DNA of 64,000 nt from Phycisphaerales bacterium (GCA_965227775.1 OZ245777.1:1760001-1824000), one strand, 5' to 3'; numbered from the stretch's first letter, positions 11,066-21,175 are shown. The notes: generated from the sequence alone by a model not told the origin. Made by a program: numbers and translations.

Positions 11066-12511
11066 CTAGACTTCGTAGAGCCGCGCGAGCTCCGCCCAGA
11101 ACCTCGGGTACGTCTTCCGCACGCAGCCTGGATCGGCAATGCTCACGTTGGGCCTGTGCATCGCAATCAGCGAGAGCGACATCGCCATCCGGTGATCGTC
11201 GTAGGTCTCGAACACGACCGGCGCCGCCGATTCCGATCGATCCAGCCCGCCCGCTGGCGGCTCAATCCGCACCGCGCCGTCCTCACCGTGCACGTCAAGC
11301 TCGACCTCAACGCCGACCTTGGCAAGCTCGGTCTTGAGCGCATGCAGTCGATCGGTTTCCTTCACCCGCAGCGTGTGCAGGCCACGAATCATCGAGCCGC
11401 CCTGCGCCGTCGCGGCGAGCACCACGAGTGCCATCGCCGCATCGGGCATGTCGCGCATGTCGGCCATCACGGGCATGATCGCAGGTCCGCCTCGCACGGT
11501 GAGCTTGGGTCCACTGGGCGAGTCGTCGGCCGATACCGAAGCCACCTCCGCACCCATGCGCGCCAGCACCGAAGGGAACGCCACGTCTCCCTGAAGACCA
11601 GCCTCGTCGACGCCGGACATCGTCACACGAGAGCCCTGCATCGATGCCGCCGCGGCCCAGAACACCGACGCTCCGCTCGCGTCCGGCTCGATATCGAGCT
11701 CGAACCCATCGATGGCGCCATCCCGCGAAGCAACCCGAAGCACGCGAAGGTCAGCCGACGACCGGACGCTGACGCCCAACGCATCGAGTAGCCCGAGCGT
11801 CATGCGAATGTAAGATGCGCTCGTTGCCTCACCATCGATCTCGACCGCAAGCCCGCCAGGTAAGAACGCCCCGAGCATCAACACCGCCGAGACGAATTGG
11901 CTGGAAGGCAACTCCTCGAAGAACACCTGCCCGCGTTCCGGCGCGTTTGCTGGGGGTGTCACTCGAATCGGTGGACAACCGGGAGTCTCGAGGCTCTCGA
12001 CACGTGCCCCCAGATCACCAAGCACGCCGGCAAGCTCACCGATCGGTCGAGCCCGCATGCGTTCGTTGCCGGTGATCACGATCGGATTGGGCGAAAGCAC
12101 ACTTGCCGCAGACAGAAACCGAGTCGCCGTGCCCGCGTTCTCGAGGTCGAGCGTGATCTCATCCGTCTCGGAAGGCATCCACCGACCACCAACACCATGC
12201 ACGCGAACCGTGCTGCCGTCGATCTCGACACCAGCCCCAAGCGTGCGCAGCGCTTCGATCATGACACGCGTGTCCGTTGCATCGATTAGGGCGCCACGCA
12301 ACTCGCTCTGCCCGCGAGCGAGAGAGGCGAGCAGCAACGCCCGGTTCGTCAGGCTCTTGCTGCCCGGCGGCCGCAGGGTCACGTTGAATCGTTGGTCTCC
12401 GATCACCGACCGCAGCGTCGGCACCGGTAGCGGATCTGCGAGCGACTCCAACGCCGCCGTAAGATGCGACGCCATCTCCTGCGGTCCGGCGTGGGGGGCG
12501 TGATCAGGCAT
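11066..12511 (-). CDS. aroA: 3-phosphoshikimate 1-carboxyvinyltransferase (EPSP synthase)
   Basis: PGSKSLTNR, NAGTATRF, RMRARPI, SSQFVS, LRVKETDRL and DDHRMAM. Confidence 0.95.
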   Translation of the reverse strand: MPDHAPHAGPQEMASHLTAALESLADPLPVPTLRSVIGDQRFNVTLRPPGSKSLTNRALLLASLARGQSELRGALIDATDTRVMIEALRTLGAGVEIDGSTVRVHGVGGRWMPSETDEITLDLENAGTATRFLSAASVLSPNPIVITGNERMRARPIGELAGVLGDLGARVESLETPGCPPIRVTPPANAPERGQVFFEELPSSQFVSAVLMLGAFLPGGLAVEIDGEATSASYIRMTLGLLDALGVSVRSSADLRVLRVASRDGAIDGFELDIEPDASGASVFWAAAASMQGSRVTMSGVDEAGLQGDVAFPSVLARMGAEVASVSADDSPSGPKLTVRGGPAIMPVMADMRDMPDAAMALVVLAATAQGGSMIRGLHTLRVKETDRLHALKTELAKVGVEVELDVHGEDGAVRIEPPAGGLDRSESAAPVVFETYDDHRMAMSLSLIAMHRPNVSIADPGCVRKTYPRFWAELARLYEV

Positions 12512-12525
12512 CGCGTCGAAACTAC

Positions 12526-12870
12526 CTACGCGCCCCTCGCGACGTCCGTGTCATCACCGGCTGCGCGAAACACCGCCACCACATCGGTAATGGGCACGAC
12601 GAACAGTCGGTTATCGCCCTCGAAGTCCACGGGGATCGCCTTCCCAGGATGGAACAGCACGCGTTGATACTGCCGTACCGGATAGTCATCGTCATGCTCG
12701 ACCTGGCTCGAGATCGCCACGATCCGGCCGGTGAGCGTGGGAATCTCCATCTTGTCGGGCAGGTGCAGGCCGGCCTTGGTCTGCTTCTTGTCCTCGTCCT
12801 TGCGGATCAGCACGCGCGCGCCGATCGGCTCGACCGTCTCGATGCGTGCCGTCGAACCTGCTCGAGCCAT
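12526..12870 (-). CDS. GroES/Cpn10-like co-chaperonin (orphan)
   Basis: EPIGARVLIR..TKAGLHLPD..TGRIVAI..DVVAV matches the Cpn10 pattern. No groEL is adjacent. Confidence 0.8.
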   Translation of the reverse strand: MARAGSTARIETVEPIGARVLIRKDEDKKQTKAGLHLPDKMEIPTLTGRIVAISSQVEHDDDYPVRQYQRVLFHPGKAIPVDFEGDNRLFVVPITDVVAVFRAAGDDTDVARGA

Positions 12871-12998
12871 CCGCTTCCTCCACCATCCCGCAGCCACCAC
12901 AAGGGAAGGCCAACCATGGGCCGACAACAAAGCCCGCCTACCCGGCCGCTATGCTAGGTCCGCCGTCGCCGAACTCCGGACAACCCTGGGATCTATCC

Positions 12999-13520
12999 AT
13001 GCACGACGAACTGCTCCGATTCATCAAGGACGTCCCAGACTTTCCCAAGCCGGGCATTGTCTTCAAGGACTTCACGCCCCTCCTTGCAGATCCGGGTGCC
13101 CTCGCCCTGGCCGTCGAACTGATGGTCAATCCGTTCCGCGGCAAGCGCGTCGACCTGGTCCTGGGAGCCGAGTCACGTGGCTTCATCTTTGGCACTGCCA
13201 TCGCCCAAGCACTGTCAGCCGGCTTTGTACCAATCCGCAAAGCCGGCAAGCTCCCTCGTGAGGTCCACCACGTCGAGTACGAGCTCGAGTACGGCGTCGA
13301 TCGCCTCGAGATCCACGCCGGAGATATTCCCCAGGGAAGCAACGTGCTGATCGTCGATGACCTTCTCGCCACCGGCGGCACGCTCGATGCCTCGGCCAAG
13401 CTCACCGCAATGGCCGGTGCGTCGATCATCGGAGGCACGGTGCTTATTGAGCTCGAGGCGCTCAACGGACGTTCCAAGGCCGGCGGCATCGACCCGCTGC
13501 ACTGCGTGCTGAAGCTCTAA
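12999..13520 (+). CDS. apt: Adenine phosphoribosyltransferase
   Basis: DFPKPGIVFKD, ESRGF, RKAGKLP, YELEYG and VDDLLATGGT. Confidence 0.96.
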   Translation: MHDELLRFIKDVPDFPKPGIVFKDFTPLLADPGALALAVELMVNPFRGKRVDLVLGAESRGFIFGTAIAQALSAGFVPIRKAGKLPREVHHVEYELEYGVDRLEIHAGDIPQGSNVLIVDDLLATGGTLDASAKLTAMAGASIIGGTVLIELEALNGRSKAGGIDPLHCVLKL

Positions 13521-13573
13521 CTGACCCTATTGCCTGGCACACCTGACAACGGCTACAAGCCAGATACGGTGCA

Positions 13574-13609
13574 ATAAAGAACACGGGCCCAGCTTTCGCC
13601 GGGCCCGTG
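13574..13609 (-). terminator. Intrinsic terminator of the PEP-CTERM-like gene 13644..14219
   Basis: Minus strand CACGGGCCCGGC-GAAA-GCTGGGCCCGTG followed by TTCTTTAT. Confidence 0.8.
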
Positions 13610-13643
13610 CAGATTCAGATTTCAGCCTATCGCTGAAGCCGGA

Positions 13644-14219
13644 TTAGCGGCGACGACGAGCGGCGGCCAGGCCACCGAGGCCGAGCAGCGCGAGGCTGGC
13701 GGGAGCCGGGACGACGTTGATGGCGCCCTGACCCTCGCGGAGGTCGCCGAGGCGGCTCTCGCTGAGGCCCGAGTCACGCGAGACGTACACGTCGAAGCGG
13801 CTCGTGTCGGTGCTCAGGTCGACCGTGAACGCGTCGGCAACGTCGGCCGGAGCGGTGTAGGTGGCGCTCCAGAACGCGATCGGGTTGGTCGGGTCGGCAA
13901 AGATGCCGGCGGGCGGGAAGTTCAGCTGGCCGGCGATGATGCCGTCCACACCGGTGCCCGAAGGAGCGCCGCCGGTGGTGCCGGGGCCGTCCATCGGGGC
14001 GATGAGCTGAACGTCGCTCCAGCCGTCCGAGCCGACCGAGCTGATGAAGTTGGTGCCGATACCGGCGATGGCGTAGTCGCTGCCGCCGTAGCCGGCGCTC
14101 AGCGTGACCATGGTGCTCTCACCAGGGCCGAGGGTGGGGTTCATCACGTCGATGGAAATGCTCTGGGCGGCAGCAGCAGCGGCCACACCGGCAACAGCAA
14201 GAATCGCAGCAGTCTTCAT
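13644..14219 (-). CDS. Secreted PEP-CTERM-like sorting-domain protein (VPAP variant), copy A
   Basis: Signal peptide MKTAAILAVAGVAAAAAA, C-terminus VVPAPASLALLGLGGLAAARRRR, and strong SD GAGGAG. Confidence 0.88.
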   Translation of the reverse strand: MKTAAILAVAGVAAAAAAQSISIDVMNPTLGPGESTMVTLSAGYGGSDYAIAGIGTNFISSVGSDGWSDVQLIAPMDGPGTTGGAPSGTGVDGIIAGQLNFPPAGIFADPTNPIAFWSATYTAPADVADAFTVDLSTDTSRFDVYVSRDSGLSESRLGDLREGQGAINVVPAPASLALLGLGGLAAARRRR

Positions 14220-14320
14220 CTTGGTCTCTCCTCTTGAGCTCAAGAAACCTTGTTTCAGGAATTCACACAACAACAGTTCAAATCGATCCCGAACTTGCTG
14301 ACCCGTGGATCGACGATTCG

Positions 14321-14349
14321 AGTGTAACCGAACCATGAGGGCCCGACAA
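14321..14349 (-). promoter_or_regulatory. Sigma70-type promoter for copy A
   Basis: Minus strand TTGTCG-17 nt-TACACT in an AT-richer intergenic region. Confidence 0.6.
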
Positions 14350-14518
14350 GACCATTTGCGTGTTCAATACTGGGTTTTGCGCCGAATTCACGGGCGACAA
14401 GTCCTATAAAAGCGAATCTTCGCGGCTTGCGATAGGATTCAGTTCGGTTTTGCTGTGATTTATTGTGGTTATCCCGCATGATTCTGTGTGAACGATGCGG
14501 TGTCCGCCTCATCCAACA

Positions 14519-14555
14519 ATGAAAAGACACGGGCCCAGCTTTCGCCGGGCCCGTG
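14519..14555 (-). terminator. Intrinsic terminator of the PEP-CTERM-like gene 14590..15168
   Basis: Same GAAA-capped hairpin as at 13582..13609, followed by TCTTTT. Confidence 0.8.
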
Positions 14556-14589
14556 TAGATTCAGATTTCAGCCTATCGCTGAAGCCGGA

Positions 14590-15168
14590 TTAGCGGCGAC
14601 GACGAGCGGCGGCCAGGCCACCGAGGCCGAGCAGCGCGAGGCTGGCGGGGGCCGGGACGACGTTGATGGCGCCGGCACCCTCGGTGAGGTCACCGAGACG
14701 GCTCTCGCTGGTGCCCGAGTCCATGGCGATGTAGACGTCGAACTTGCTGGTGTCGGTGCTCAGGTCGACCGTGAACGCGTCGGCGACGTCAGCCGGAGCG
14801 GTGTAGGTGGCGCTCCAGAACGCGATCGGGTTGGTCGGGTCGGCGAAGATGCCGGCGGGCGGGAAGTTCAGCTGGCCGGCGATGATGCCGTCCACACCGG
14901 TGGCCGAAGGAGCGCCACCCGTGGTGCCGGGGCCGTCCATCGGGGCGATGAGCTGAACGTCGCTCCAGCCGTCCGAGCCGACCGAGCTGATGAAGTTGGT
15001 GGCGATGCCGGCCACCGCGTAGTCGCTGCCGCCGTAGCCGGCGCTCAGCGTGACCACGGTGCTCTCACCGGGGCCCAGGGTGGGGTTGGCAACATCGATG
15101 TCGATGCTCTGGGCGGTGGCGGCAGCGGCAACACCGGCGACGGCGACGAGGGCGAAAGCCTTCTTCAT
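14590..15168 (-). CDS. Secreted PEP-CTERM-like sorting-domain protein (VPAP variant), copy B
   Basis: Near-identical to copy A, with the same C-terminal sorting signal and SD GAGGAG. Confidence 0.88.
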   Translation of the reverse strand: MKKAFALVAVAGVAAAATAQSIDIDVANPTLGPGESTVVTLSAGYGGSDYAVAGIATNFISSVGSDGWSDVQLIAPMDGPGTTGGAPSATGVDGIIAGQLNFPPAGIFADPTNPIAFWSATYTAPADVADAFTVDLSTDTSKFDVYIAMDSGTSESRLGDLTEGAGAINVVPAPASLALLGLGGLAAARRRR

Positions 15169-15395
15169 ATCTACATCTCCTCACGCGACCGGGGCCGTTT
15201 GCCCCGAAAGCCTTGGTTCAACAGTCGTCTGCTTGCGACCTATCAACCACAACCTACCACCGATCCAAAAGCCCGCCAGAAAACAAAGTGCTTTTTTTGG
15301 CGAACCCAGGCCAGAATCGGGCCGCACGAGCCCTCCGCAACGTTCAAAAGACCGATAACAATCGGCTGCTTCGAAGGAAATTGCTGTCAGGGTGA

Positions 15396-18300
15396 TTACG
15401 AAATGGGAACCAATGCACCCTCGACGGCTGAGAGTGACAACCCGTGAGTGCTTGCGATCGCACGCCGGTAGAGGTCGAGTTGGCCCGGGCCGCGATCCCC
15501 AAGATCACCAGTCTTGAAGTCAAACACGGCGCACCGCACGACACGGCCTTCACGCCACCCCAGGACGAGCCGATCGATGCGACCCCGCACCAGCGTCGAT
15601 CGTCCCTTGACCTCTACAACAACCGAAATCGGTCGCTCCCGCTCGGCTGAAAGCTCGGTGACTCCGTCCCAACGGTCCGCGAAGCTCGCTCGAGCCAGGC
15701 ATCTTTGGAGTTCTCCCCGATCCAAAGCCGCTCGAACGCGTGCAGCGGCTGACGTCGTGAACTGGCTTCGCTGCTCGGCCCACGCCTCCGGGTCCGCGGG
15801 CGCATCCTCGAGCCACTCGACCGCCTCAAGCAGTCGATGGACCTCCGACCCCAATTCCGCGGCCGAGGCATCGGTCGAGAGCAGAAGCGCCACTTCCGGC
15901 GAATCCCCAAGCTCCGAAGGCCGCACTGTGGCGATCCGCCACGGCTGCTCAGGACCGCACCAGTTCTCCGGGACGGTGCTCGGCCGGGCCCACGTTGGTG
16001 GGACCGGCATCGCCTCACCCGTCCCAGACGCCACCTCTCGCATCCAGCCCTCGCTGCCGTAGCGCCACTCGCCCCCCGTATCGCCCAGGCCCGCCCACAC
16101 AACGCTGCCCAGGCCCCGCGCGTCCGATCGCACGAAGATCTCCAGATGCGCCTTCGCCCGGGTCATGCCCACGTACAGAAGACAGAGCTCGTCATACACG
16201 GCCCGCTCGCGCCAACGCCCGTACATGCCGGCCAGCGTGGAGCAATGCCCTCGAACGTCCTTTGTTCCAGGCAGGCTCATTCTCGTAGGCACAGCCGTCG
16301 GGTCGTCGCTCTCGTCGCCCGCATCCGAGAGGAATCTCGGCGGACGCGACGCCAGCGACCCGTCCACGTCCATCAAGAACACAGCATCGAACTGCAGCCC
16401 CTTGGCCGCGTGCAACGTGAGCACTCGCACCAGCCCGCCTCCCCGTGGCTGCACGCGACTGGCTCGAACGGAGGCGATAAAGTCGTCGATCCCGCCTCCC
16501 TCGGCGGCCTCGGCCTCGTAGTCCTCGGCCAGGTGCACCAGATCGGCCAGCCGCTTGCGACCCCGGTCGTTGGCAGCCTCGCCCGCGTGCGACGCGAGCC
16601 ATTCAACCGTGCGTGCGAGCCCCTGCTCGAACACCCGCATCGCGAGCTCTCGAGAAAGCTGCCTGCTCCGGCCGACATCGCTCCAATCGATGAGGCCGAT
16701 GCCGCGTCCGAGTGGGCTCGTGGCTACCGCGAATCGGCTTGGCCCGTCTCCCGGGTGGGCCGCCAGGTACAACGCCGACAGCACGGCCTCCACGACCGGA
16801 TGGTCGCACGGGCTCGCCGACGTGTTCGAGACCGCCGGCACGCCGCGTTCGGCGAGCGCAATCACGAGCTTGCCGATCACCCGGCGACGGCGTACCAGCA
16901 CGGCGATCTCCGCCTGCGCACAAGCGTTATGCGTTCTCGCCACCGCGTCCGCGACGAGCCTGATCATCTCGTCCTCGTCGTCGGGTTCATCGAGTGCGCT
17001 CGCGAGATCGACCACGCGGACGAACCCCTCGCCATTCACGGCCGACTTGTGCGTCTCGAACTGGTCGGCGAACCGTGCCGCGGCCCCGCCGTGCGGCTGC
17101 ATGCTCGGATTCTCGCGCAGGTGCCCAAACACCTGGTTGACGGCGTGCACGATGGTGCCGCGACATCGATAGGTATCGACGAGCTCGCTCGTGTGCATCT
17201 GCTGCCAGTGCTGCGAGACATACGGCAGCAGCCCGGCCTGCGCGTTCCGCCAGCCGTACAGCGACTGCTTCACATCACCCACGACGAACACAGAACGGTC
17301 TCGGTCTCCGCCCGCCACCGCCTCATCGATGAGCGGCTCCAGCACGCGCCACTGATCGATCGACGTGTCCTGGAATTCGTCGAGCAGGACGTGGTCAAAC
17401 TGTGCATCCATCTGATACGCGACCTGTTGCGTCTCCAGGTCGCTCTCGGCAAGAGCACGCCAGAGATCACCCAGCGAGTACGCCCGATGCTCGCGGCGTA
17501 CGTCGTCCTCGATCTCCACCGCCCGCGACAGCAACGCTCCGGCGACGAGATTGCGCTGATGCAGCGCTTCGACTTCGAGCCGGATCACGCCTCGAAGGAC
17601 CGTTCGCAACTCGGGGATCCACTCGCCGGGCACCACGACCCGCGAGAAGACCGGCGCATAATCCTCGCAGCCAGCGACGAGCTTCGTACTGATCGCAGCG
17701 CCAAAATCGCCCCGTTCTACCGCAGAGACAACCGCTGCCTGCGCCTTGGCCCAGTTCTTGTTTGGTGTACCGTTCTTGTTCTCGGGGATCGGCAGTTCGC
17801 CAATCCGCTTTCCCGCCGCTCGCACCTCATCGAGCGATGGCCCCTTGGTCGCATCCTGGGCAAGGCATGCCCACGCGTCCGGCTGGGCCCTGCGAATCTC
17901 AGCGCCAGAATCCGCGAGCAATTCGGCGAGGGTCTCATCGCCCCTCGTGCTGCCTTCGCGGCCCGTCAATGTGCGGATCGACGCTCGTTCTTCTTGCGAG
18001 CCAAGCCCCAGGAGCAACCGCTCGACCACTTCCGCGCGCAGCTGCGCTTCGACGTGATCGAAAGCCTGCCTCCAGGGCGATACCAGACCCAGTTGCGGCG
18101 CGAGCGACCGCGCCAGGCCCTGGGCCGTGCTGTCGAGCGTGCCCATCCGCACGCGGTGGATGCTCCGGCACAGCCGCTTCAGCACCTCGAGCCAGCCCGA
18201 TGCGTCGAGCGCAACGCCCGCGTGCACTGAGAGCTCTGCCGCGGCAGCATCGTCTGCAGCGGCGTTGGCAATGCGGGTGAGCAGCCGCTCGCGGATCTCT

Positions 18301-18458
18301 CCGGCCGCCTGCCGGGTAAACGTCGCAGCAAGGATGCGCTCGGGCGGCACACCGCGTGCCAGCAGGCCCGCGAGCCGGTTTGTCAGCGCGAAGGTCTTGC
18401 CCGTGCCGGCGGAGGCCATCACGACCTCGAACGCGCGCGTGTCTTGGGTGCTCGTCAT
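15396..18458 (-). CDS. addA: AddA-like UvrD helicase with C-terminal PD-(D/E)XK nuclease
   Basis: ASAGTGKT, VLLDEFQDT, VGDVKQSLYGWR, LTLHAAKGLQF, LYVGMTRA and RGRIDRL..FDFKTG. Confidence 0.85.
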   Translation of the reverse strand: MTSTQDTRAFEVVMASAGTGKTFALTNRLAGLLARGVPPERILAATFTRQAAGEIRERLLTRIANAAADDAAAAELSVHAGVALDASGWLEVLKRLCRSIHRVRMGTLDSTAQGLARSLAPQLGLVSPWRQAFDHVEAQLRAEVVERLLLGLGSQEERASIRTLTGREGSTRGDETLAELLADSGAEIRRAQPDAWACLAQDATKGPSLDEVRAAGKRIGELPIPENKNGTPNKNWAKAQAAVVSAVERGDFGAAISTKLVAGCEDYAPVFSRVVVPGEWIPELRTVLRGVIRLEVEALHQRNLVAGALLSRAVEIEDDVRREHRAYSLGDLWRALAESDLETQQVAYQMDAQFDHVLLDEFQDTSIDQWRVLEPLIDEAVAGGDRDRSVFVVGDVKQSLYGWRNAQAGLLPYVSQHWQQMHTSELVDTYRCRGTIVHAVNQVFGHLRENPSMQPHGGAAARFADQFETHKSAVNGEGFVRVVDLASALDEPDDEDEMIRLVADAVARTHNACAQAEIAVLVRRRRVIGKLVIALAERGVPAVSNTSASPCDHPVVEAVLSALYLAAHPGDGPSRFAVATSPLGRGIGLIDWSDVGRSRQLSRELAMRVFEQGLARTVEWLASHAGEAANDRGRKRLADLVHLAEDYEAEAAEGGGIDDFIASVRASRVQPRGGGLVRVLTLHAAKGLQFDAVFLMDVDGSLASRPPRFLSDAGDESDDPTAVPTRMSLPGTKDVRGHCSTLAGMYGRWRERAVYDELCLLYVGMTRAKAHLEIFVRSDARGLGSVVWAGLGDTGGEWRYGSEGWMREVASGTGEAMPVPPTWARPSTVPENWCGPEQPWRIATVRPSELGDSPEVALLLSTDASAAELGSEVHRLLEAVEWLEDAPADPEAWAEQRSQFTTSAAARVRAALDRGELQRCLARASFADRWDGVTELSAERERPISVVVEVKGRSTLVRGRIDRLVLGWREGRVVRCAVFDFKTGDLGDRGPGQLDLYRRAIASTHGLSLSAVEGALVPIS

Positions 18459-21175
18459 GGCACCACCCCAATCCGGCCCTCGGTGTGCTCGGGGTCAAGC
18501 AGCATGCCCACGCCCGCGAGCCGCGCGTGCGGCCCGTCGTACTTGGGCATGCCGAGTTCCGCGAGCGCCTCGATTCCGGAGCGGACATTCCTTGCTACAT
18601 CCATCGCGCATGCGTGCGCATCTTCCAGGTCTTCCTGGCTCCATCCCGCTTCCAGTACCTCGGCGTCGCTCCCGCCGAGAGAGATGTAGCCGAACACGGG
18701 AAGCGCCTCGATGCCGTGCTCGGTGGCGATCGGTCGGGCCAGGATCTCGTAGAGCGGCAGCTGCAAGTCTCGCCACTGTCCATCGCGACCACGGTGCGCC
18801 GGGCCAGGCTTTCGCGATGACTCGGACGTCTTGTAGTCGAAAAGCGCGAGCGATCCGGTCTGGGCGTGGTAGTCGATGCGGTCGATCTTGCCACGCAGGC
18901 TCACGCCGGTATCGCCGAGGGGCGGCTGGCCTGCTGGCGTCCACTCGACTTCCAGCGTTCGCCAGCCCTCAGCCCGCCGTGCTGCTTCCACACGCGCCAT
19001 CGCCGCCAGCCGATGCTCGGCCGCGTCGATCTGGGCAAGCGTGATCGCCGAAGGCCGACGCCCCGCGAGCGTCTCGGCGGTCTGCCAAAGCGCTGCGTGC
19101 ATGCGCCGCCGGATCTCGCCCTCGTCCTCGATGTTGCGCGCGTCCGCGTTCGCCCCAAAGACCGCGAGCGCCTCGTGCATCAGCGTGCCAAATGTGTTGG
19201 CCTCCAGTCGCGACACGCTCGGCATCGGGGTCACCTCGCGCAGCCCGAGCACGAATCGCAGGTAGAACTGGTACGGGCTCTCCAGGAAGTTCCGGAAGCT
19301 GGTGACCGACATGCTCGTGATTGGCTCGGCCTGCCGCATCACGCCCACCCGATATCCGCACGCGGGTGGCGCGTCGGTCGCGGGGGAGGTCTCGAATCGC
19401 TCATGGACTCGCCGCAGGACCCGAGCCGGCCCATCACCACTCCCGCGTAGCAGCAGCGTGCTTGGCAGCAAGGGCTCGCCCTTGGCGTCGATCGAGCCCA
19501 GCACGAAGCGAACGCGTCGCCCGCCGCCGAGGAGCGAAGCCATGTTCGCCGCGTCGCGCGCAAGCGTGCGGTCGGCCCCAGGCAGCCCGAGAGCCCGGCG
19601 AAGACCTTCGGTGATGAGTGGCCCCGGCGCCGTCGCGGCGGGCAGCGTCGAGTGATGCGCGCCCATCACCACCATGGATGGCGATGGATCGAGTGGGAGT
19701 TCGAGCCAGCCCAGCAGGTCAAGGTCCTCGCCGCCGGGTTCGGTGGCCGCGCCTCGCTGATCAAGCTGGCTGAGTACCAATGCGATGGCCTCGTGCGCCG
19801 ACGCAGGGCGGGCATCGAGCGCGTCGGGTAACTGGGACAACGTGCGAATCTGCTCGCCGATGGCCGCGATCGCTTCGATCGAACCCGAGCCGAGTGCGTC
19901 CTGTGACGAACCAAGCAACTCTGTGAGCACCTGCTGCAAAGCGGGAGCCCACTCACTCAGCAGCCGAGGCTTGCTGCGCAGCGGTGTCAAGAGCGTCTTT
20001 AGCCGGGCCTGCGCGTGAACGACGATGCGGCGCGGCCGCTCGACCTGCGGGGTGCCTTTGGGGAGCTTCGCAAACGCCTTGGTCGGAAGTGCTGCGCCCG
20101 CGTAATCGTCGATCGCGCGTGGTAGCTGTTCGAACCGGTGCTCGGCCCGCGCGAGCGTGGAAACCACGATCGGATTGGTCAGCACTCGAGCGATCGCGAC
20201 AAAGCTGCGTTCGCGCAAGAGCAGCCCGATGTCCGCCAGCAATCTCGCCGGACCCGTCGATGACACAGGAAGGCCCCAGGCAACGTGCACGTTCAGCCCG
20301 TGCCCCTCCGCGGCTCGGCGCACCGCACCGGCCAGCGACTCATCGGCCGTGCCGATCGCACTCGTGTTCAGGTCGACGGCAGCCCGGACCGCGAGGCCGC
20401 CCTGGGACTCCGCGCCTTCGGTCACGAAGACGTCCGCAGGGTCGACGTCGATCTCCGCATCACGCCAGTAGTCCGCTCGCACGACGCCGTCGGCATCGAG
20501 GCCCTCATCGAGCATCACAAGCGCGTGCACCGGGCATGGCGCACGCTCAAGCATCCGCCTCGCGAGCGGCGGCAGGTCCATGCACGCCAAGAGCACGATC
20601 TCGCGCACGCCACCATCGAACGAGCCGCCCGCATCGATCGCGTGCAGCGAAGCGTCGGCCAAGCCAGCCGCCACGAGCAGCGACTCGTACTCGTCTTGCA
20701 GCGCCGCGAGCGCGTGCCACCGCTGCGGTTCCTCGAGCGGCGGCAGCTCAGCGGTCGCGACGTCGCGGCACCGCAAGCCACCGCGCGACAGCTCATCCAG
20801 CGCCCGCGAGATCTCATTCGCCCAGGCCTCAGGCTCGGCAACGTCGGGCAGGACCGGTGCGACATCTTCCGGCGACGCGTCGCGAAGCACGCGCGCCCAC
20901 GCGAGCCGGCGGTGTATGTCGCTGGCCGGGCGCGCGGCCGGCGCCATCGCCTCGGCGAGCCGGCCGGCAGTCACGACGTTCGGAGGTGTGAGTACCAGCG
21001 ATCGCTCTTGGCACGCCTGGGCCAGCAGCGTTGTCAGCACGCGCCCCGCGCGTGCCCCGGGCGTCGCGACGAGAACCTCCGAGAGATCGAGCAAGCCATC
21101 GCTGGCGCGGGCCACAAACCACTCGACGGCCGCGGCCATCGGTGTCTTTGAGGCGTCGAGCCGGTGGGTCTGCAT
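18455..21175 (-). CDS. addB: AddB-like protein (inactive helicase fold plus PD-(D/E)XK nuclease)
   Basis: MSVTSFRNFLESPYQFY, FGTLMHEAL, LRGKIDRID..FDYKTS and DLQLPLY. Overlaps the addA start by 4 nt; SD GGAGGGG precedes ATG 21175. Confidence 0.8.
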   Translation of the reverse strand: MQTHRLDASKTPMAAAVEWFVARASDGLLDLSEVLVATPGARAGRVLTTLLAQACQERSLVLTPPNVVTAGRLAEAMAPAARPASDIHRRLAWARVLRDASPEDVAPVLPDVAEPEAWANEISRALDELSRGGLRCRDVATAELPPLEEPQRWHALAALQDEYESLLVAAGLADASLHAIDAGGSFDGGVREIVLLACMDLPPLARRMLERAPCPVHALVMLDEGLDADGVVRADYWRDAEIDVDPADVFVTEGAESQGGLAVRAAVDLNTSAIGTADESLAGAVRRAAEGHGLNVHVAWGLPVSSTGPARLLADIGLLLRERSFVAIARVLTNPIVVSTLARAEHRFEQLPRAIDDYAGAALPTKAFAKLPKGTPQVERPRRIVVHAQARLKTLLTPLRSKPRLLSEWAPALQQVLTELLGSSQDALGSGSIEAIAAIGEQIRTLSQLPDALDARPASAHEAIALVLSQLDQRGAATEPGGEDLDLLGWLELPLDPSPSMVVMGAHHSTLPAATAPGPLITEGLRRALGLPGADRTLARDAANMASLLGGGRRVRFVLGSIDAKGEPLLPSTLLLRGSGDGPARVLRRVHERFETSPATDAPPACGYRVGVMRQAEPITSMSVTSFRNFLESPYQFYLRFVLGLREVTPMPSVSRLEANTFGTLMHEALAVFGANADARNIEDEGEIRRRMHAALWQTAETLAGRRPSAITLAQIDAAEHRLAAMARVEAARRAEGWRTLEVEWTPAGQPPLGDTGVSLRGKIDRIDYHAQTGSLALFDYKTSESSRKPGPAHRGRDGQWRDLQLPLYEILARPIATEHGIEALPVFGYISLGGSDAEVLEAGWSQEDLEDAHACAMDVARNVRSGIEALAELGMPKYDGPHARLAGVGMLLDPEHTEGRIGVVP

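Larger units (their letters stand above)
13581..15120. repeat. Tandem direct duplication (946-nt offset) of the mature coding region, 3' UTR and terminator
   Basis: 13581.. and 14527.. read nearly identically through the terminator, the 3' UTR and most of the CDS. They diverge in the signal peptide and promoter regions. Confidence 0.9.

Noticed and set aside
13581..15120. Direct repeats as mobile-element ends
   Set aside because: The repeats are whole paralogous genes. No transposase, integrase or terminal inverted repeats were seen.
15837..18230. Long antisense or alternate-frame ORFs (e.g. 15837..18230, 34384..36858, 42017..44221, 47213..49006, 59104..60249)
   Set aside because: These are shadow ORFs expected in high-GC DNA, lying over or opposite well-supported genes and carrying no protein motifs.
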